From Octopus vulgaris (lineage: Eukaryota), in NCBI GenBank assembly GCA_951406725.2, contig OX597816.1, positions 11,036,001 to 11,100,000 on the forward strand: DNA of 64,000 nt, in the 5' to 3' direction. Positions 1-13,209 of the stretch are shown here, piece by piece (the stretch's first letter is position 1; the number at the start of each line of letters is the position of its first letter). The notes under the pieces were generated by a model. That model saw nothing but the letters and a program-made list of their open reading frames with translations, was not told the origin of the DNA and ran no database searches. The position numbers and the translations under genes were made by a program.

Positions 1-17
1 ACGATACACACGCAGTT

Positions 18-270
18 ATATTTTGAACATATATATTCAAGTTTGGCCAAAAGTCAGCTGACAGTAAATGAAAATCATTTAATTCCAAGATTTATTTATG
101 TTTAACAACTGAATAAATTTAATAAAAGCATCTGAATATGAAACATCAGGAAAATTGTTCAAACTGAAATGCTTTTTGAGCGACATATTTTTCCATTCCA
201 GTCAATACAGAATTGCAGATAGTATAAAGGGAATTTTGATTTACTGTTGGCTGATTTTTGGCCAACCCTG
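18..270. mobile_element. Tc1/mariner-like terminal fragment
   Basis: Ends in TGATTTTTGGCCAACCCTG, whose reverse complement CAGGGTTGGCCAAAAATCA resembles a Tc1/mariner TIR; no coding trace. Confidence 0.35.
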
Positions 271-295
271 TGTGTGTGTATGTATATATGTATAT

Positions 296-397
296 ATCAT
301 CATCATCATCGTTTAACGTCCGCCTTCCATGCTAGCATGGGTTGGACGGTTCAACTGGGGTCTGGGAAGCCCGAAGGCTGCACCAGGCCAGTCAGAT
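296..397 (-). mobile_element. Family C short retroposon, 3' fragment with (GAT)n tail
   Basis: Nearly identical to 29929-30040; truncated by a TA-rich microsatellite. Confidence 0.85.
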
Positions 398-438
398 ATA
401 TATATACATATATATATACATGAATGTATGTATGTATA

Positions 439-471
<33 letters not shown>

Positions 472-539
472 CATACATACATATATACAAACATACATAC
501 ATGCACACACATGCACACACATGCACACACACACGCATA

Positions 540-924
540 TATGATGGCCGAAAAAATGTTGATATTGATGAACGTGCTGGGGGACCCACAACCAGCAGAA
601 CAGAGAAAGACATCGCAGATATACATGCAGCTGTGAGGGGAATCGTCGAATCACTATCCATGAATTATCAGAGGATGTGCAGATTAATTACGGTTCAATT
701 CAGTCCATTATCTCTGAAGATTTGGGTATGAGGTATATGTCTGCCAAGTTTGTGCCAAAACTGCTTTCAGCTCACTAAAAAGACACTCGGGATTCAGTTG
801 CATAAGATCTGCTTTGATTGTGTCAAGAACGATGAAAACTTTTGGAAAACTTTGCGTAGGCATCTCCATGCTTTAGCTTTGTTGCTGTAGCAAAAGTCCG
901 GATACTTATTGATCAGACTCCGTA
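540..924 (+). pseudogene. Internally deleted mariner transposase remnant with right TIR
   Basis: DGRKNVDIDERAGGPTTSRT (GRP-box-like), then frameshifted DLGMRYMSAKFVPKLLS (WVP-linker-like); ends CCGGATACTTATTGATCAGACTCCG-TA. Confidence 0.8.
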
Positions 925-1865
925 CATGCAGTTTATGTGTAGATGTCTTGCAAACAACTTGCACATGCAAGTGCTACCAGTTAAAAGCTCTGTATACCAG
1001 AAGCTAGCAAGTGTATGGGGTCATCAGGAGAGAATGCGTGCCGTTTCGGGGCCTACCTCTCGACGGCATCAATGCGCCGGCCCCCCCCTCACTGATATGA
1101 GGCCCCGCTTGCTAGATCAGCTGGTTATGAAGAACTCAATATACTTCTAGCCATAAATATTCCTAATTAGCATTTCCTGATAGAAACAGAGATGATTCAC
1201 AAAAGTAGAAAGCCTTCAGGCTGATTGCCTGCTTTAATTGCAAGTAAGAAATTAAACATACAGTTTTAATTAATTCCATCCCACTACCACGATCATTGAC
1301 AACATAACAATGCTATTAAAAAAAATAAAAATAATAATAAATAAATATGTAGCCTGTCTCTTTATTGAAAATATTTTGTTAAATAAATAACTCGAGACTT
1401 TCTAATACAAAGCAAGATTAAAACAAGATTAGCTGTTAATTATACATTAATGATTAATTATCTTTATATATTTATTAATTTTCTTTTAAAGACCTGCTAT
1501 ATTGTAATTAGTTTTATTATAACTTATTCACTTCCTCCTAACCAGTTGATTTCATATATATTTATTACTTGGGGTTAATTTTACCTATTCCATCATATTT
1601 TTCTCTTGATACTGCCATATAATTAATATAGAGCAATTGCTATTTGTGTTATGCATTTCAACTGTAGAAACATGAAATAGATTTGGCTTTATTCAACGGT
1701 ATTCTTTTCTTTTTTGCTAAAAGATGCTAAACTGCTAACAGCTTAGTTCAGAAATAGATATTATTGTTGTTTAATTAAATGTTTATGTACCTTTCTCTTG
1801 CTTAGAATCCATCTCTTCATAATGAGTGTTTCAGTTTTACTGTTTTAATGTAAGTTTAATAATTT

Positions 1866-2190
1866 CGGCTGTGTGGTTAAGAGGATTGCTTCCAAACCAA
1901 ATGGTTTTCGGTTCGGTCCTACTATGTGGCACCTTGGGTGTGTCTTCTACTTTAATTCCCAGCATTCCAAAGCCTTGTAAGTGGATTTGAAAGAAACCCA
2001 CTCTGTGTGTGTATGTGAGTATATGTACTTACGTGTCTCCTTGTCTTGATGTCGCATGACAGTTGTAAATGAGTGTCACTGTCCTACAAGCAGTGTATTC
2101 ATTTTCAATATTCTTCAGAAGCATGTCTGGGCTTGGGGAAATGTTACCTTGCTTACAAACAAATGAGGATCCAGCTTTAGAAATCCTGCC
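1866..2190 (+). mobile_element. Degenerate tRNA-headed SINE (family A head, different body)
   Basis: GGCTGTGTGGTTAAG and GGTTCGGTCC box A/B-like motifs; head shared with family A copies. Confidence 0.65.
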
Positions 2191-2268
2191 TCAATAAGTT
2201 CCATACAAGTGATGATGATGCTGAGGATCATGATCAAGATCATAATTATCATTTTGCTTATTGTATTA

Positions 2269-2602
2269 TACAAGGTGACCCCAAAAGACAGAACCTATAA
2301 AACTTCTATTAAATCCTATAAACTTTGGTCTGTGTACAATCATTCCCTTTGCTTAAAAGTCATGTTCTTTTCAAAATATGCTCCAAATGGCATACGTTGC
2401 ACAAAATTATCAATTACTCAAACACATTCCTCTTTGGGGAGTTCCCTGATTTCTGCTGTGATTTCTGCCTTAAGTTCACCAATCATTTGAGGGTTGTTTT
2501 GGTAAACATTATCCTGGCAGGGTTCAAGTCTGGTGAATGTGATGCCCACTCAATGTCACACTTCCTGCTGATCAGTCTGTTGTGGGGGATCTTTGACTTG
2601 TA
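2269..2602 (-). pseudogene. Tc1/mariner transposase C-terminal remnant and TIR
   Basis: RLISRKCDIEWASHSPDLNP (WPPxSPDLNP motif); terminus TA-CAAGGTGACCCCAAAA. Confidence 0.8.
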
Positions 2603-2609
2603 AGTTACT

Positions 2610-2847
2610 TGGTAACCCTGATGGTGCTGGTGCCATGTCAAAAGCACCTGGTACACTCTGTGAAGTGTTTGGCAGTAGGAAGGGCATCCAGCCCTAGAGT
2701 CCATGCAAAACCAGAAACTAGAGCTTGGCACAGTCCTCTGGCTTGCCAGCTCCTTGTTAAAATGTCCAACCCATGACAGCATGAAAAACAAATGGTAAAT
2801 AATGATGATGATAATGATGATGATGATGGTTGTGGTCGTGGTGATAG

Positions 2848-2887
<40 letters not shown>

Positions 2888-2890
2888 AAT
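2610..2890 (+). mobile_element. Degenerate family C retroposon with (GAT)n tail
   Basis: AAAAGCACC...GGAAGGGCATCCAGC...GTCCAACCCATG followed by GAT repeats. Confidence 0.75.
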
Positions 2891-2899
2891 GCTGCTGCT

Positions 2900-3265
2900 G
2901 CTTTGTTTGTTTGTTTGTTGAGGGAAGCGGTCTTTGTCGTAGTGGGAGAAGTCCGAAATGTGGTCCTTTGCTATTCGTAAGACCAGGAGAAGAGAAACAG
3001 GTCAACCCCCGACACCGAGAGCATCAACAGATGGATAAATGCGCATCCAGGCTCAGTGGTTGCATAGGAAGTCGGGGACAAGAAACAGGAAGAAAGAGTG
3101 AGAGAAAGTTAGAGTGAAAGAGTGTAACAGGGGTCGCCCCCCCCCTGCCGTGAGCTTTAGGTGTTTTTGCTCAATAAACTCACACGAAGCCCGGTCTTAG
3201 AATCGAAACTACGATCCTCCGACCATGAGTCCACTGCCCTAACCACTGGGCCATTGCACCTCCAC
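2900..3265 (-). mobile_element. tRNA-derived SINE (same head as 51615-51910)
   Basis: Minus-strand head GGAGGTGCAATGGCCCAGTGGTTAGGGCAGTGGACT...GTTTCGATTC. Confidence 0.75.
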
Positions 3266-4416
3266 TTGCTGCTGCTGCTGCTGATGATGATGATAAATCT
3301 CCTGGAACATATTAAAATGACCATATTACAAATGAATATGTACATCGTCATGTTGGTTCTTGCTCTCCTCCATGCACGTGGTTTATTTATTATTAGTTCA
3401 GCAGACATCAGCAGGCAACAGTAAATGATTTGTGCTGAATTGCATAAACAAGAGCCACGATTCTTGTTTAGATTCATCGATCCATCGGTAGCTTTGACTG
3501 AAGTAAAAAAAAAAAAAAAAACCAGGTCGAAACACCTTAGCGTCTCAAAGTCCCCTTCCCTCAATAAATCACATTATGAACACACCTTGTTTGAAAGAAA
3601 TAGTTCTCCATAGAAGAAATACAACGGTGATTAGCATATTCACGTTTCAAGAATGAATATGTATGCCGCTGTCTTTATTCCGACTTTTCTCTCTGCTCAT
3701 GACGATTTATTATAAATATTTGCATTACATTGAATCTCATATCTAAATTACTAAATTTCCACATAAATTTTAAACAATCTAATTCTTTATGCAAATACAT
3801 AATAGAACTAAAAGAAATCATTCATGAAATATCTCCCGAGATAATGATCTTACCGACACAATCTTAATAGATTCAGTTTAGAGAAATCACCTTAAATAGT
3901 ATTCTAGTTCAGCAGAAAGGAAATACATATTTTTCGTTTTCTTATTCAGTCAATTTTCCTTGAATTGAAAAGTTCTGAAAATAAAGTTTCAACTATGTGG
4001 CTAAACTATGAATAGAGGTGCTTTAGCTTTTCAAAAGATTCACTAGTATTTGGCCATACTTTGCTGCTTAACCAGATGAACATTAAATTTTCAGTTGCTC
4101 ACTTGAAGAATACACGTTCTTGACTTAACCTTAATGTCAAATCTTACAAAACAAGTAGAGATTGTTATGCATTATTATGCATATCTGTCAATGAAATTTA
4201 AATAAATTATGTTTCTTAGAAGAAGTTACTTTTGAATTTTGACCAAATTTCATGTAAAATTTCCATACATTTATGTATTTGTTTTGTAAGATTCTTGATG
4301 AGAAATCATACGTTGAAACAGATATTGTTATACTCAGGGATGGTCAATTTGCCAATAAACACATGCACTGTTTATTTGGTCTTCACTTTATCTTTGTTAT
4401 TATTACTATTCATTTA

Positions 4417-4835
4417 CAAGCAAAATACCCCCTGTCCAATGGACAGTGCTGAGTTGTCAAACATTTAAACCAAATTTTCTCAAAACAACTTGTCCAACCG
4501 TCCCATAGGCCTTCCATTTGAGAAACAAAGATTTTACCTAAATTTGAGACACCAAACAAGCTGGCTTTTTTTGCGCAAACTACAAGTGCATTTTTCTCAT
4601 ATACGCATAGTATTGATCACAACAGCTGATGTACTTGCGCATACAAATGCACAATCCCACGGCTTTATCGATCACATTCTCACCTGGAATCGATTTTTGT
4701 AAGGCTTCCAAGACTTATACATGTCCTGATACCGTCTGTTATCTGCATATCAAATTTGAGCGCAATCAGATGGAGGATGCCCAAGATTCTAGAAGACACA
4801 CACACACACAGACAGAACGGATTTTATATAATAGA
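4417..4835 (-). mobile_element. Non-autonomous Helitron-like element
   Basis: Minus strand starts TCTATTATATAAAA plus CTGT/GT repeats; ends with hairpin CTGTCCATTGGACAG then CTTG (decayed CTAG). Confidence 0.6.
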
Positions 4836-6339
4836 TTTGTCATTCTCCATGTCTCCTCTTCTCTCTGGTTTTGTATTTTGGATGGAATAGACAGGAGTTC
4901 AGTCAGGGATTGATGACGTCAGCAAGCAGCTAACCATTCAAGTCATATCGAGAACTTGTTTTCTTCTTTAGCTGGACTGAATAATGTTAACACAATAGAC
5001 CCAATAGAGTTTAACTTCTTAGAATTACATTTGTAATCAACATTTTGGAATGTCATTGACAATTTTGTCTTTGGATAAAAAAAAGTGGGGGATAAAACTA
5101 CTTCCCAAGTCACATAAGGCCAGTTTCCCAGATTCTCTGGTGTGTATATACACCTCACTGGATATGACACTGGTCTGTTGCAGGAAAACTCATTTTTGCC
5201 AGCTGAGTGGGCTCTTTGGCACCCTTTCTTTTTATATATAGACCATTATTGCACTGCTAACACAGGTAGGACACAGTATAAATGCTTATATTTTATATTA
5301 AAATACAAGCATTTTAATATAAAATATTTATATTAAAATGCTTTAATATTAGCATTTTATTTAATATAAATGCTTATATTAAATATAAGCATTTAATATA
5401 CTTGGTTGTATTTTATGGTTGCAAAAGGAAATGCCATCTCCCTACCAGTAAATTATATGCTGAGTCTGGTAACTGACCAGTGGTCATAACACAGCTAAGA
5501 TTAAAGGCTGCAGGAACTTAAACTACTCAACTTTAACTGTAGAATTCAGGGATTCCTACAGGCAAGTTTCATTTCAGACGCACACATCTCACACAAACTG
5601 ACACACTTGGTGTAAATGTCTCTCTTCCATTATCAAATGTTACATTCCTAAGACCAGCTTGATAAGGTCACCAGTTGTTTTATAAAAGCCCCGCCACCAC
5701 AACCATCCTGATTAAAATAGGAATCAGAGGGGTTCACAGGTCAAAAATGGTCGAAAACCTCTGCCTTGGCCAAGCAAAAGTTGAAAGATACATATTTCTG
5801 AAAAAAGGTACTACTAAGCAACCCTCAGTTAGATAGAAGCTCACAACAGGAGGGCCTGTTGGTTGTTATCTTATTTGTTTGGCTACCATTTCATTACATT
5901 CTCTGGCAGCAACTTGGTGTGTTCAGCTCCCATCCCAGGCTCTGCTGTTTGTCAAGTAAAGAAGAGGAAACTGTTAAAATATCGGCCATTCTGACAGGTT
6001 TGTGGTCAAGCCTGTGGCAGTGGAAACCTCTGGTGTTCCCAGGGACTGGATCATGTCTCTGCTCATCATTAGAGTTGGCTATCCACGACTACAAGCCCTG
6101 AAAATCAGAGAGGTTGTTCCAGAACATCTCTCTTGCTATTCTCTGGGGCAACGCCTTTTCCATTTTGCTTACTGGGACCATGAAACAGATTGACAAGCCT
6201 TCTTACATATTTGTTTGTTGTGATGAAGAGGAAAGATATGATAATTCGAGCAGACTGTCATCAAATTTTGAAAACTATTTCATGCGTGCCTTTCCTTCAT
6301 TGGACACTAAACTCTGCCTGCGAAGACTTGTTGAGGCAA

Positions 6340-6799
6340 GTGAAATCGAAATCAAATTCGATGACTGGCATCCATGCTAGTGAAGCGCTAAAGAGTGAGA
6401 TCGTGGCCAGGGCAACAAGCTGGCCTCTTTGCCAATGGTATGTTAAAAACACCATCCAAGCATGATCGTTACCAGCATCATCTTACTAGCACTTGTGCTG
6501 GTGGCACGTGAAAAAACATTCGAGCAAGGTTGTCGCCAGTGCCACTGGACTGGCTCCTGTGCTGGTGGCACATAAAAAGCACCATTTGAGCATGGACGTT
6601 GCCAGTACCGCCTGACTGGCCCTCGTGCCGGTGGCACATAAAAGCACCCACTACACTCTCGGAGTGATTGGCGTTAGGAAGGGCATCCAGCTGTAGAAAC
6701 TCTGCCAGATCAAGATTGGAGCCTGTTGTAGCCATCTGGTTTGCCAGACCTCAGTCAAAATCGTCCAACCCATGCTAGCATGGAAAGCGGACGTTAAAC

Positions 6800-6830
<31 letters not shown>
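6340..6830 (+). mobile_element. Family C retroposon with several diverged ~65-bp 5' units
   Basis: Repeated GTGCYGGTGGCAC-RTAAAAGCACC units, conserved 3' body, (GAT)n tail. Confidence 0.85.
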
Positions 6831-6834
<4 letters not shown>

Positions 6835-7614
6835 CATTAAGCATTGTAAAACAAGTGAAAACGTAAACAGAACAACTCCAATTCCTGAGAACGAGAAGCC
6901 AGAGAACATCCTTGTCAATTATCTAGTCTAGTCTAGTCTAATCTCAATCGACTACCTTCCGAAAAGCAATCTTCAAAATTAATGATAGTAGATTTATTAA
7001 CAGTTATTTAATCCAATAATATGTCTGGACACTCTATGAAATATGAATTATTTGAACCGTTCTGTTCTATGCTAAAATAATTAAATAGTAACTCCTGATT
7101 GACCAAAATGATCAGGCGACGCAGCTCGTATCATGCACCCCACCATGACCATTGCTATTTACTAGTTTACTAATGCCACCAACAGTCTCTTCAATATCCA
7201 TTACCCACCACCATTTCTTTATACATCTCTCCATCTTAAATACGCTGAGGTGATATGATCCTCTCAAAGACGGCACGAAAACAGACATAGAACTGAATTG
7301 CTGAAGGCAATTTTTCAAGTTATTGAACTGACAGAAAATGTTAGAATGACGTGGTGGATAAATCAGTTGGTCATATGTCAGTTTGTGTGGTGAAGAGGGT
7401 AAAGTAGAATGGTCATATCAATTGTTATTAATCCCTCGGTATTGATTGGTTACTTCATTGCTGTTCAAGTTGGGCCATTTTAATAAAAGACATTAAAAGA
7501 GAGAAAAATCTTTCATCTATTGTTTTAAAATATTAAATAGCTTAGAAAAATATTGCTTTTATTATTGACTATATTAATGGGAGGTACGGAGGCCAACAGA
7601 CAGGGCAAAGAGAA

Positions 7615-7618
<4 letters not shown>

Positions 7619-7674
<56 letters not shown>
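7619..7674. repeat. (AG)n microsatellite
   Basis: Perfect dinucleotide run. Confidence 0.95.
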
Positions 7675-7677
<3 letters not shown>

Positions 7678-8556
7678 AATATGGGGATGTAGAAAGGAAA
7701 AACTAAAGAAGTATAAGTGAGAGACTAAGAAACTGTGTCTGTGTGTATGTATATATATGTATATATATGCATGTGTGTGTGGAAGAGAAAAGGAGAGAGG
7801 GAGAGAGACAAAGAGGGAGAGAGAGAGAAGTGAGTTGCCAGAAACTACCAAAATCAGTAGAAAATAAAAGAAAAAAAAGCAGGAAAGACAAACTGAAGAA
7901 CATGGCAAGTATTTTAATGGAATGGTAGTGGAAGAAGTGGCAGCAGACAAAATAGAGGGGAATAAGGAAAAAAAAAAAAATATGCTAAAATGAAAAATAA
8001 AAATAAAAAATAAGTAATGGTGTTCAAAGAAGAAAATAAGAAATAAAATAGGAGAAAAACCTCTAAGAAAAAAATGGTGAAGATGTTTTAATATTGGTGG
8101 TAGCCAAGTTAAGGAAGAATAATACGATTAAGTTTAAATGAACAGACAATAATACATTAATAGATGTTCAATATAAATAAATGATGCTTGTGGTTCAATT
8201 TATAGTTAAGAAGGAAAATAAATACAAATTTTGTTTTTCTTGTTAAACACTAACAAGTAATGGAAATTGCATTCGTGTTTGAGGAAACTAAGAAAAAACA
8301 GTTTTTTTTTTTTTTCAATTCTTTCTTTCTTTACGTTATATAAAATCTTTGCAAGCTCTTCTACATTAACTGCAAGAGTTCTTTGCCTTTTTTTTTTCCT
8401 TTTTGTCCTTTATCTCCACACACTTGTTGCGGCTACTGCTCTCCTTTCTCTCCTTCCCTCTGAATATTATTATTATTGTTAGCAAGAGTGAGGACTGACT
8501 GAGTTTTATACGGTAGAGGGCAAATCGTTGACAGACCAGTCGTTTGTATCCTCACT

Positions 8557-8580
8557 TCAAATCTTTGCTTTGTCCATGAC
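8557..8580 (-). CDS. Candidate terminal coding exon (VMDKAKI* if phase 0) followed by a U-rich 3'UTR-like region
   Basis: Acceptor ggtttttctgtgtag|G at 8581; phase 0 matches the candidate exon ending at 19858; downstream ~1.4 kb is transposon-free and U-rich on the minus strand. Confidence 0.35.
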   Translation of the reverse strand, partial: VMDKAKI

Positions 8581-8621
8581 CTACACAGAAAAACCTTCAA
8601 AACTTTGATTCCTTGGGGGTT

Positions 8622-8660
<39 letters not shown>

Positions 8661-8744
8661 CTCTCCTTCAAATTCTCAATCCTCTTTCATTTCTTTCATC
8701 ATCCATCTTTCCACCAGTTCATATATGCACCTATAGAAACATAT

Positions 8745-9116
8745 TCTTTTATTCTTGTATTTGTTTCAGTCATTTGACTGTGGCCATGCTGGAGCACTGC
8801 CTTTACTCGAACAAATCGACTCCAAGAATTATTCTTTGTAAGCCTAGAACTTATTCCATTAGTCTCTTTTGCAGAACCGCTAAGTTACAGGGACTTAATC
8901 ACGCCAACATGGTGGGGTGACAAACACAGACACACAAAACCACACACATATATGATGGGCTTCTTTCAGTTTCCATCTACCAAATCCACTCACAAGGCTT
9001 TGGTCAGCCCAAGGCTAGAGTAGAAGACACTTGCCCAAGTTCCATGCAGTGGGATTGAACCTGGGATCATGTGGTTAGTAAGCAAGCTACTTACCACACA
9101 GCCATTCTTGTGCCTA
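8745..9116 (-). mobile_element. Family A tRNA-derived SINE
   Basis: Box A/B head, internal TG/TA tract, GAAACAAGTAAAAGA-type tail. Confidence 0.85.
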
Positions 9117-10174
9117 TACTATGTATAAATGTTTTAAAAACTTTTTAAGTCAAGCAATGCAATTTACAAGAAGCATTAATACACGGCAACAGCTAGTACT
9201 ATTATTTAGTCTTGTAACATTTCAGAGTTTGGAAAACTTCAGAAAATTTACAGAGGAAAGATGTTGATAGTTGATGTCTCTGCTCTGTAGTGTGTGTGTG
9301 TGTGTGTGTGTGTGCATGCATATGTGTGTATGTATGAAGGGTTGTTTTGTGTTGCTATAGTATCCCATCAGCTACATGCAATTCAGATCTGTAACTAATT
9401 CCCAAACAGTATTTGTGAATTAGAATAGTTTCTTTTATTCTCAAGTTCCCAATGTTTCTTTCTGCAGTTTTAATAGAAACTTGGATGTCTTGAATGTAAT
9501 ATTTCCGTAGGTGTTTTTTTTTTTTTTGACGGAAGAAACATTTGCACAGAGGTGTTTTTGATCTGTATGTGAACTTGTCTGATAGTACTTCCGATGTAGA
9601 ATACACCACATTTGTTACACTTGATTCTACACACCACATAGGAACCGCAGACATGTTTCCATCTTTGGTCGAGTAGTTGCATAATGTACATAAGGTGTGT
9701 AACCTTGATCTGTTTTTGTTTAACACCTTCCCCAGAGAAGGCCTGGAGTGTACCAGTTGTATAGTAAATCTCTCCTTGCATGGTGCACGGTAAATTGCAA
9801 TAGTTGTTTGTATCTTTCATAGCACATGTTATCCTTAGATATGAGGGTTCTGTTTGATGGTCTGGTGATATCCTGATATTTAGTGAAAGATTATGTATAA
9901 CCATTTTCCATCAGGACTTTTTGGAATTGAATTTTGTTGCTCTTTTTGCTTCTCACCTCGTTGCATTTACTGCTGATCTTGTGGATTTCATTTCCAATGT
10001 AGGTCATCGTAGCTTTGATGGACAGGAATGAAGTATAATGTGCAAATAGACCCTAGTATGTCGCTTTTCTGTAGATGTCAGTGATGATGATCCTGTGATT
10101 CTGAGTTCAAAATCAAGCATAGATAAAGAACCAATGTTATTGCAATGCTCCACTTCAAATTTTATATTTCATCG

Positions 10175-10385
10175 ATATTGGTTTCAAATTTTGGCACAAG
10201 TCCAGACTGTTCGTGGGGAAGGGGTAAGTTGATTACGTCGGTACCTGTGTTCAACTAACACTTATTTTATTGACCCCTGAAAGAATGTAAGTTACTTTGG
10301 TGAAATTTGAACTCAGAACATAAAGACACAGAAAATGCCGATAAGCATTTCTCTTGGTGTACTGATGATTGCCAGTTTACCGCCT
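10175..10385 (-). mobile_element. Family B SINE nested in the PLE
   Basis: Homologous to 61388-61560. Confidence 0.75.
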
Positions 10386-11319
10386 TTCATCGATTTTATT
10401 AAACATAGTCTATATTTTCACAGTCTCCTCTCGAGATATTAATATGAGGATATCATCCACATGTCTGGTGTGAAAAGGGCACAAGCTTGACCACTGTTGA
10501 GTGCTATGCATTCTAACGTTCCAGCTGGTCCATTTATATGATGGTTAATAGGTCAAACAATGCAGAGGTTTGTTTGTACATGGACTCCTTGAACTAGGAA
10601 AAGATGTTGTAGCAGTTAAGAGTTCACATTATAGCAGTTAAGAGTTCACAGATATCTGGAGCTGTGAGCCCCAACCAGTTTGGATTGTTAGAGAAAGCAA
10701 AATATTCTCTTAGTAAGTCCATAGTCGGGGTTGTTGGGATGGAGGTGTAGAAGAAAACAACATCCAAATGGGTTGTTATTTTCCCTAAGTATGGATGGGT
10801 TGAGATCTTTGAATTTGTTGATGACTTTAATGGAGCTCTCAACATGTCCACGGAAAGTTTGAAGTAGTGGCTTGGGAATATTAAATTAATCCAAACAATT
10901 TTGCAGAAAGGTTCGTTAATACTGAAAACATTAGGCATAATTTTAAATTTAATACTGGTTTATGTCATAGAAAGAGGTAATGGAAAATGGGGGTTACTTC
11001 GTTTCTTATGATGAAGTTATGCTTAATCTTCTTTGAGAGTCCTTTCTCTTTATAGATGTTCATCCAACATGTGTTTCTAGTAACTTCGAGCTGGCTAGGT
11101 ATGATGTTATTGACTTTTTCATATAATGTAGTGTTGTTTAGGTACCCAAATGCTGCTTCATCATATTCATATTCATAATACAAAATTCTCTCCCTATGTA
11201 TGAAGGTTGATGCATGAAATTTTTTGAAAGTCAGTTTTGTAGAGTGAAGAATTGGGATCTAGGGAGATTAAAGGAAGGAGTGAAATATTTTTGTAAGATA
11301 CTGATAACTGAATGTCCAA

Positions 11320-11501
11320 CCCTTCAGCATTTAAACTGACTATACCGGCCCAAATACTCTATCTGTTTTATGTTTAAACTGGCCACATTTGGCCTCTCAT
11401 ACCTACCTGAGAAAATGTCATTTCAAAAATAAACAACATCATCAAAATCTTGAAGCTTTGAGATAATGCATGATTAATTCAAAACAATGAATGTTAAAGG
11501 G
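11320..11501. mobile_element. piggyBac-like MITE
   Basis: Imperfect TIRs CCCTTCAGCATT / AATGTTAAAGGG; TTAA on the right flank, decayed on the left. Confidence 0.55.
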
Positions 11502-12383
11502 TTAAGTCTCATTAGCTTAGGGTTAAGTTCAGGGTTAGAAGGAGGAAAATGAAATGGGCTGTCTGGTAGGTAGGTGGGGAATCTAGTGGTAGTTATAGTA
11601 AAGGTGGGGTTAAAGATAGTTTTACTGGAGGATGGGAAGTTGGGTTTCGGGGCTGATATCCATTGCTGTCATGTGGAAGTTAGTTTGTACATCAAGTTTT
11701 AGTTTGTCATTAACTCGCTGACCTACACTGAATTTTGGACCATGATTTCATTGATGAATCTCATCAGTTGATAAGGTACCAGATAAATCTGTAGCTGGTC
11801 CTATCTTTTATGGAAACATAATTAAGCCATAGTTTTGAACTAGGAATCTCAGAGAGATGATTCAAATTTAAGCTGAAGACTTGCTACACTGTAAAACATC
11901 ATATATTTGGATATGAACGATATCTACTAAATATAGGTGCTTATATATGAAGAATATTTATTTTGGATGGAATGTTACGAAGAAGCATTTATCAACAGTC
12001 TGTAACCAGAATCGAAACCAGAGGTATAGTCTTGTTTGGGATTAAGTACTTCAGAAACTGTGGTTTCACCTCTCTAAGTTCAAAGGCCCACAGGTATAAA
12101 ACAAAATCTCTATATAACAAAACAGATCGTGCAATATTCCTACATTTTAAAATAATGAGATGTATGTAAATTTGGCACCTAATTAGAACTGATACAGTCT
12201 GGAAGTGTCAAATGTCATAGCGATGTGGACGATGCACTGAAGCTGACAAAACACAAACGGTACAACCTTTTGATTATTAGATTAATCCAACACTTTATCA
12301 GTTTAACTATCTGCAACTATACACAAAATAAATTTTCTCTTTAGGTTTGAAAAGAAATTATTCTATCATTTTATAATCATTCG

Positions 12384-12555
12384 AGCTTTCTGTTTTCTAT
12401 TTTTATCTGATCTCAATTAAAATGTTGTTGCTTGATTATAATCAAGCAAATAATTATTTTTCACCAAACGTAGAAATTAAAAAAAAAAAAAAACGTACAT
12501 ATATATATATATAAAAGCAAAAAAAACCCACTGTTTCCCCTCTCCACACTTCAGA
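12384..12555 (+). repeat. ~170-bp local direct duplication (partner 15762-15936)
   Basis: Near-identical otherwise unique sequence, including palindrome TTGCTTGATTATAATCAAGCAA. Confidence 0.9.
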
Positions 12556-12984
12556 GATCGATTACTTTAGAAAATTGCTCATGTTTATTGATTTCATTTG
12601 AAATTAGTCATGCTTTATACCACTCTGTTGTAGCATGAACGTTTTATCATTTCCATAATATGAACAAATTTATTAATAATACTACACCAATTATGTTAAT
12701 ACAAATACAATATGGAGAACAAATAATTCCAATAATATTGATTTCTGATTCAGTCACAAGACAATCTGCTGGAAAGTTATAATGTGTAGTCTATTATATT
12801 GAACCTAGTATTTTCACTGGTACATTAGTTTATTGACCCCATGAGAATAAAAGAATAAAAGCCAAATTTTGACTTTGGTAGGGATTGAACTTAGAACGTA
12901 AAGAAGCAACTAAAATACGGCACAATAATTTGTTTGATTCCTTATCATTTCTGGTAATTTGAGAATGCCAATAGTACTAAAACG

Positions 12985-13200
12985 GTTTCCAGTGTGGGCA
13001 CAAGGCCAACAATTTCAGGGGTGGGGATAAGTTGGGATTACATCGATCCCAGGGCCCAACTGGGACTATTTGATCAACCTCGAAAGGATGAAAGGTAAAG
13101 TTTACCTCTACAGAATTTGAACTCAGAATGTAAAGATGGATGAAATGGCACAAGGTATTTTGCCTGACACGCTAACTATTCTGCCAGCTCTCCACCTTAC
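12985..13200 (-). mobile_element. Family B SINE
   Basis: Head AAGGTGGAGAGCTGGCAGAA; central CCTTTCATCCTTTCGAGGTTGAT domain (Nin/Inv-like). Confidence 0.8.
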
Positions 13201-13209
13201 TCAATCGCA

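Larger units (their letters stand above)
9200..12200 (-). pseudogene. Decayed Penelope-like element (RT plus GIY-YIG), interrupted by a SINE and a MITE
   Basis: RT motifs HLDVVFFYTSIPT and RHVDDILI; endonuclease CNKCGVFYIGST...LRIKETILI; many frameshifts. Confidence 0.8.

Noticed and set aside
1015-1060. Permuted hammerhead on the minus strand (GAAA...CTGATGA)
   Set aside because: The would-be stem II strands (CCCC and CCCC) cannot pair
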